Below, piece by piece: positions 60,433 to 64,000 of a DNA stretch of 64,000 nucleotides. Made by a program: the position numbers and the translations under genes. Source of the stretch: Lama guanicoe. Taxonomy: Eukaryota. Each line of letters opens with the position of its first letter. Positions within the stretch are counted from its first letter, which is position 1. The notes under the pieces are model-generated. The model had not been told where the DNA came from. It did no database searches and saw only the letters and a program-made list of their open reading frames with translations. The stretch spans positions 2,012,798 to 2,076,797 of the forward strand of contig MU054738.1 of assembly GCA_013239625.1 (NCBI GenBank), in the 5' to 3' direction.

Positions 60433-62339
60433 TTATTCAATGCCAACCATCTTTCCAGAAGGAGAGCTATGAAGAAATTTTATTATTAAAATCTACCAGG
60501 CACATCCAATATGCCAAGAGTAGTGCCATGTCTGGAGATGTCACAAAAGGCAGGACATGACCTGGGTAAGAGCAGCTCATCCTCCCAGTTCTGGAGGGAG
60601 GAGAGCCTGCCAAGGGGGAGGGCTGCTGGCCCTCCATCCCGCCAGCATCACCCGGGATTAAGATGGAGTGATCTTGTTTTACCCAGTCTAGTAATTTACA
60701 GACTCAGAAGGTTGTAAAAAAATCTCCTTTTTTCTGATGCTTTAAGAACAGAATTAATTTCCCGGTATCAAAGTGGTGACTATGATCCTCTATAGAAGCA
60801 GAAGAACAAACCAGATGATGTCTCAAAGTTCTTTTCAGGCAAACTTAATGTCAAAACTAAAACTGAGGCACAGTTTGAAATAGAAGCTATTACATTCTTG
60901 ATCAAGAATGCATTAAGGTCCTAAAGATTTCCTTAGGATATTTCCCAGTATGTGGACTATTTATTGTGGGCAGACATCATCTTCCATATATCTTAAGCCT
61001 ACTTCTTGGTACTATTTTTAATATAGTTTTCTGTCTAATAAGATTGCATAGTGCAATAATTAATTATAATCCTGTGTTGAAGCCACATATCTGCTACTTA
61101 AGAGTTGCAAGAAATGGCCATCAGCATTTTTATTAAAAGAGATGATAATGATTTTTCCCCTGACAAACAAGCCTGCTATATCATCCTGGACTACTTTTAA
61201 ATGGATGTGGGTTTGCAACTTCAATGGAAAAAATTAAAACATGCACATTCCCTTGCACTGGCATTATTTGTCAAAATGACAGTGTGGCCATTTTTCTTAC
61301 AGTTTAAAATGGCACATCGGTGATAATTACTTTAATCTACTTTTTAGTATACCATAAGATGCTTGAATTGCTGATGTAATTTTGAAGTCTATATTTATAG
61401 TCATAAGTCTCCCATGGTGTAAAGATTGGTCATTCATAAAAAATCAGGTAGAATAGCTATTCATAGACTGTGCCAACGAGGAGTAGATGCTCCATTTAGA
61501 ACGTAGAAGTCAAACAGGAAATAGAATTGATTAATTCTACCTCAAACTTTTATGCTATGTCTTTGATTAACCTTCATGTAAATAAAGTCATTCTCTTTCC
61601 ATCAGCCTAGAAGTCTCTAGACCTACTATCTGGGTATAAGAAAAGCTCATTCATTTACCACTCAACAGATATTTATCTTGTATGTTTTATAAGCCAGTAT
61701 CTGGGGAGAACATAAAAAATATAGAGAACCCTACGATATAGGTTCCATTTGAGCAGGAACCTTGGCTGGTCTCTTCACTGCTCTGCTCCAGTGATAGAAA
61801 AGCAGGCATTCCATAATCATTTATTGAGTGAATAAGCAAGACGTGGTCTCTGACTTCAGCAAATGCATGACTCTATAGGAAAGTTACCACTTACTGCATT
61901 TTTAAAGTGCAAAGGGGCCTGCTTTCCAAGCTGTCACTCAGCATGTGACACAAGACTCAGATCTGATCTTAAATCAATAAATCTTTGAGTTCTCATTCTC
62001 TCCAACACCACCCAATGTGGGGTGAGAGCCAGAGTCTCTTCTCTAGGACACTGACCACTGTCCACTTAGAAGTCTACCTCTCTGACTTACCTGTTTTTTT
62101 TCCAGGCAGGAAATGTGTAACTATCTTGGAACAAGAGTAGAAAATACTGCCTCAGAAAATTTTCTTTTAAATCTATTATAAATTGAAGGACTTGAATTGA
62201 CTATTTTCTCTCTTTCTTTGCATTTTTGTTATAACAACTCTACTCAGAGGCACTGGAAGCTTAATATCTAGGAGGAGAAATGATGAGGTTTAAAAAATGG
62301 ATTTGTACTTGCACGTGGAAAAAAAGAAACAAATCCCTT

Positions 62340-62630
62340 ATTATTTCAAATGCTAATCCAGATGCTGTACTATTTCCATTTTATAGATGAGAACATTGAG
62401 TCCTTCTGAAGCTAAGCAACTTGTTCATGTTTACACAGTTCATTGATACAGATTTGGTACTCAAATCCATGTCTAACTTCCCCAAATTCTTGCTCCTAAT
62501 TACCACATGGGGTATTATCCCCATTTTTGTAGGTGAGAAACCTAATCTTAGAGAGATTAACTGATTTTTTAATTCAAAATCACACCATTAACATACTGCA
62601 GAGTCAGGGTTAGAACCCATATTATCTACA
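62340..62630 (-). mobile_element. Two adjacent MIR fragments
   Basis: Two antisense MIR cores: 'ccattttatagatgagaacattgag' and 'cccatttttgtaggtgagaaacctaatcttagagagattaa'. Confidence 0.75.
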
Positions 62631-64000
62631 CTACAGTGTATTTCCTAATCCAGTGGCCTCTCCACACTGCCTACCCATTTTCTCATGCCTAAGATTTGCC
62701 ATTCACCAAGAAAACAGTAGTTCTAGAATTGTGTCATGGAATCATTGGAGTTAGTATTTCCAGTTAGAGAAAAGTTTCATGATTTAACATTCCCATGAAA
62801 TAGAAATTATATTTCCACAGAAATCATCCATATTTACTTACAGTTTTATCCTGCCAGTTTGAAAACAGATTTGGGAGCTAGGCATTAATAATACCGTAAC
62901 AACAGTGATTATATAATGTAATCTCAAATAATGCTACATGTAAATTTGAAGGTTAATGAATATTTCTATGGCTGTCACAATAGAAAAACAATGTCTTTAA
63001 CATAGAAGATGCCCTAACTAACACTCTGATATTATGAAAGAGCTAGTAACCTCCCAAAGTGCCTACCGGTTTTCTTGGACTATTTCTCTCAGCAGCTGTG
63101 TCTGGCCCCTGGAGCTGCCAGAGAAGATCTATTGTAGATTCTCTGTATGAAAATAATTAACCTAAGGAGAGTAAACAAGGACAAGAGAGATTTCCCTTGG
63201 TAGACACATTCACATTTGACTCATGGTAACAAGGCAGTAGTGATGGCCTAACTCTACTGAAAGAACATCTTTTGTATTTGCAGTTCACATGCACCTGCTG
63301 CTTACTTCCCTATCTCATTCAAAATTCACTGTTTAGTTTGGGGGAAAAAAAAACCAGAAATCTCCACAGCAACAACCAAAGTGTCAAACTGACATGATAG
63401 CTTTAAGTTTGGGAATTTGCAGGGTGTACCCTCCAGTTTTCTTGGGCCATAGTTTCAAGAAAAAACAGTGTGTGGTTGATGCTATATAGGCATAATCATG
63501 GCTGAAAACTACATGTTAAATCTTTTTTTATGAGCCATAAATAAATGTGTATTCAACTGATATTTTAACTCAAGTAATTTTTCACATTTAAAGAAATGAA
63601 AAGCAATAAAGTGTGCAGTTCCAGAAACCACACTGAGCAACTCGTATTGAGGCTCTGATCTTACTGCCAATGTTAGCATCTCATTTTTATAACCTTATAA
63701 CATCCTCTTTGAGAGTATTTTTGCTCCAATTAAATCGAAATCTGTAACACCCCTGAACTGATTTGCAAGAATATCAGCCAATAAAGTTAGAGTTCATCAT
63801 CACCATCTCATAGGACATCAGAGTGGTACCTAAGACACTTGGTCAAAGAATACTTCTCTCAGAGATTTCTGAAAACAAATTTCTGAAAACAAACACATAA
63901 AAATAACATGTTTAAAAATGTACTGAAAAGTATTTTTAACTGATTTCCTGAGGGAGCAAGAAAGTGAAGAATATTCAGAAGTTGAAAAGAGAGATAAAGA

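Noticed and set aside
1-64000. CRISPR array, operon, prophage, tRNA/rRNA gene or novel multi-gene system
   Set aside because: No regularly spaced repeats, gene-dense coding blocks or RNA-gene signatures. The window is repeat-rich mammalian noncoding DNA.

Overview
AT-rich eutherian mammal genomic DNA, either intergenic or deep intronic. I found no credible protein-coding exon, RNA gene, CRISPR array or prokaryotic system. The recognisable ORFs in the track are transposon remnants (L1 ORF1/ORF2, Tigger transposase) or artefacts of a 196-nt N gap (47673-47868). Much of the window is interspersed repeat: old L1M/L1ME, L2, CR1/L3, MIR, MaLR (MLT1), ERVL LTRs (MLT2, LTR16, LTR40, MER21-like), an ERV1 MER41-like solo LTR, and DNA transposons (MER82, MER58A, Charlie, Tigger2). 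The youngest L1 3' ends look cetartiodactyl. No Alu, B1/B2, SINEC, PRE-1, Bov-tA/Bov-A2 or CHR SINE was seen, which points to a camelid genome (inference). The most notable observations are: (1) a ~5 kb tract (26.1-31.1 kb) where unrelated ancient repeats all appear shifted AT->GC with CpG gain, a candidate fossil GC-biased gene conversion hotspot; (2) a twin-primed, 5'-inverted L1 with TSDs; (3) a MER41-like solo LTR with a perfect 4-bp TSD and a GAS-like motif; (4) an LTR fragment ending in AATAAA..CA-poly(A), resembling an L1-mobilised retrocopy; (5) a recursive-splice-type AG|GTAAGT site. Repeat family names come from recalled consensus sequences rather than a database search, and most boundaries are approximate. 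I found no evidence for a new biological system.
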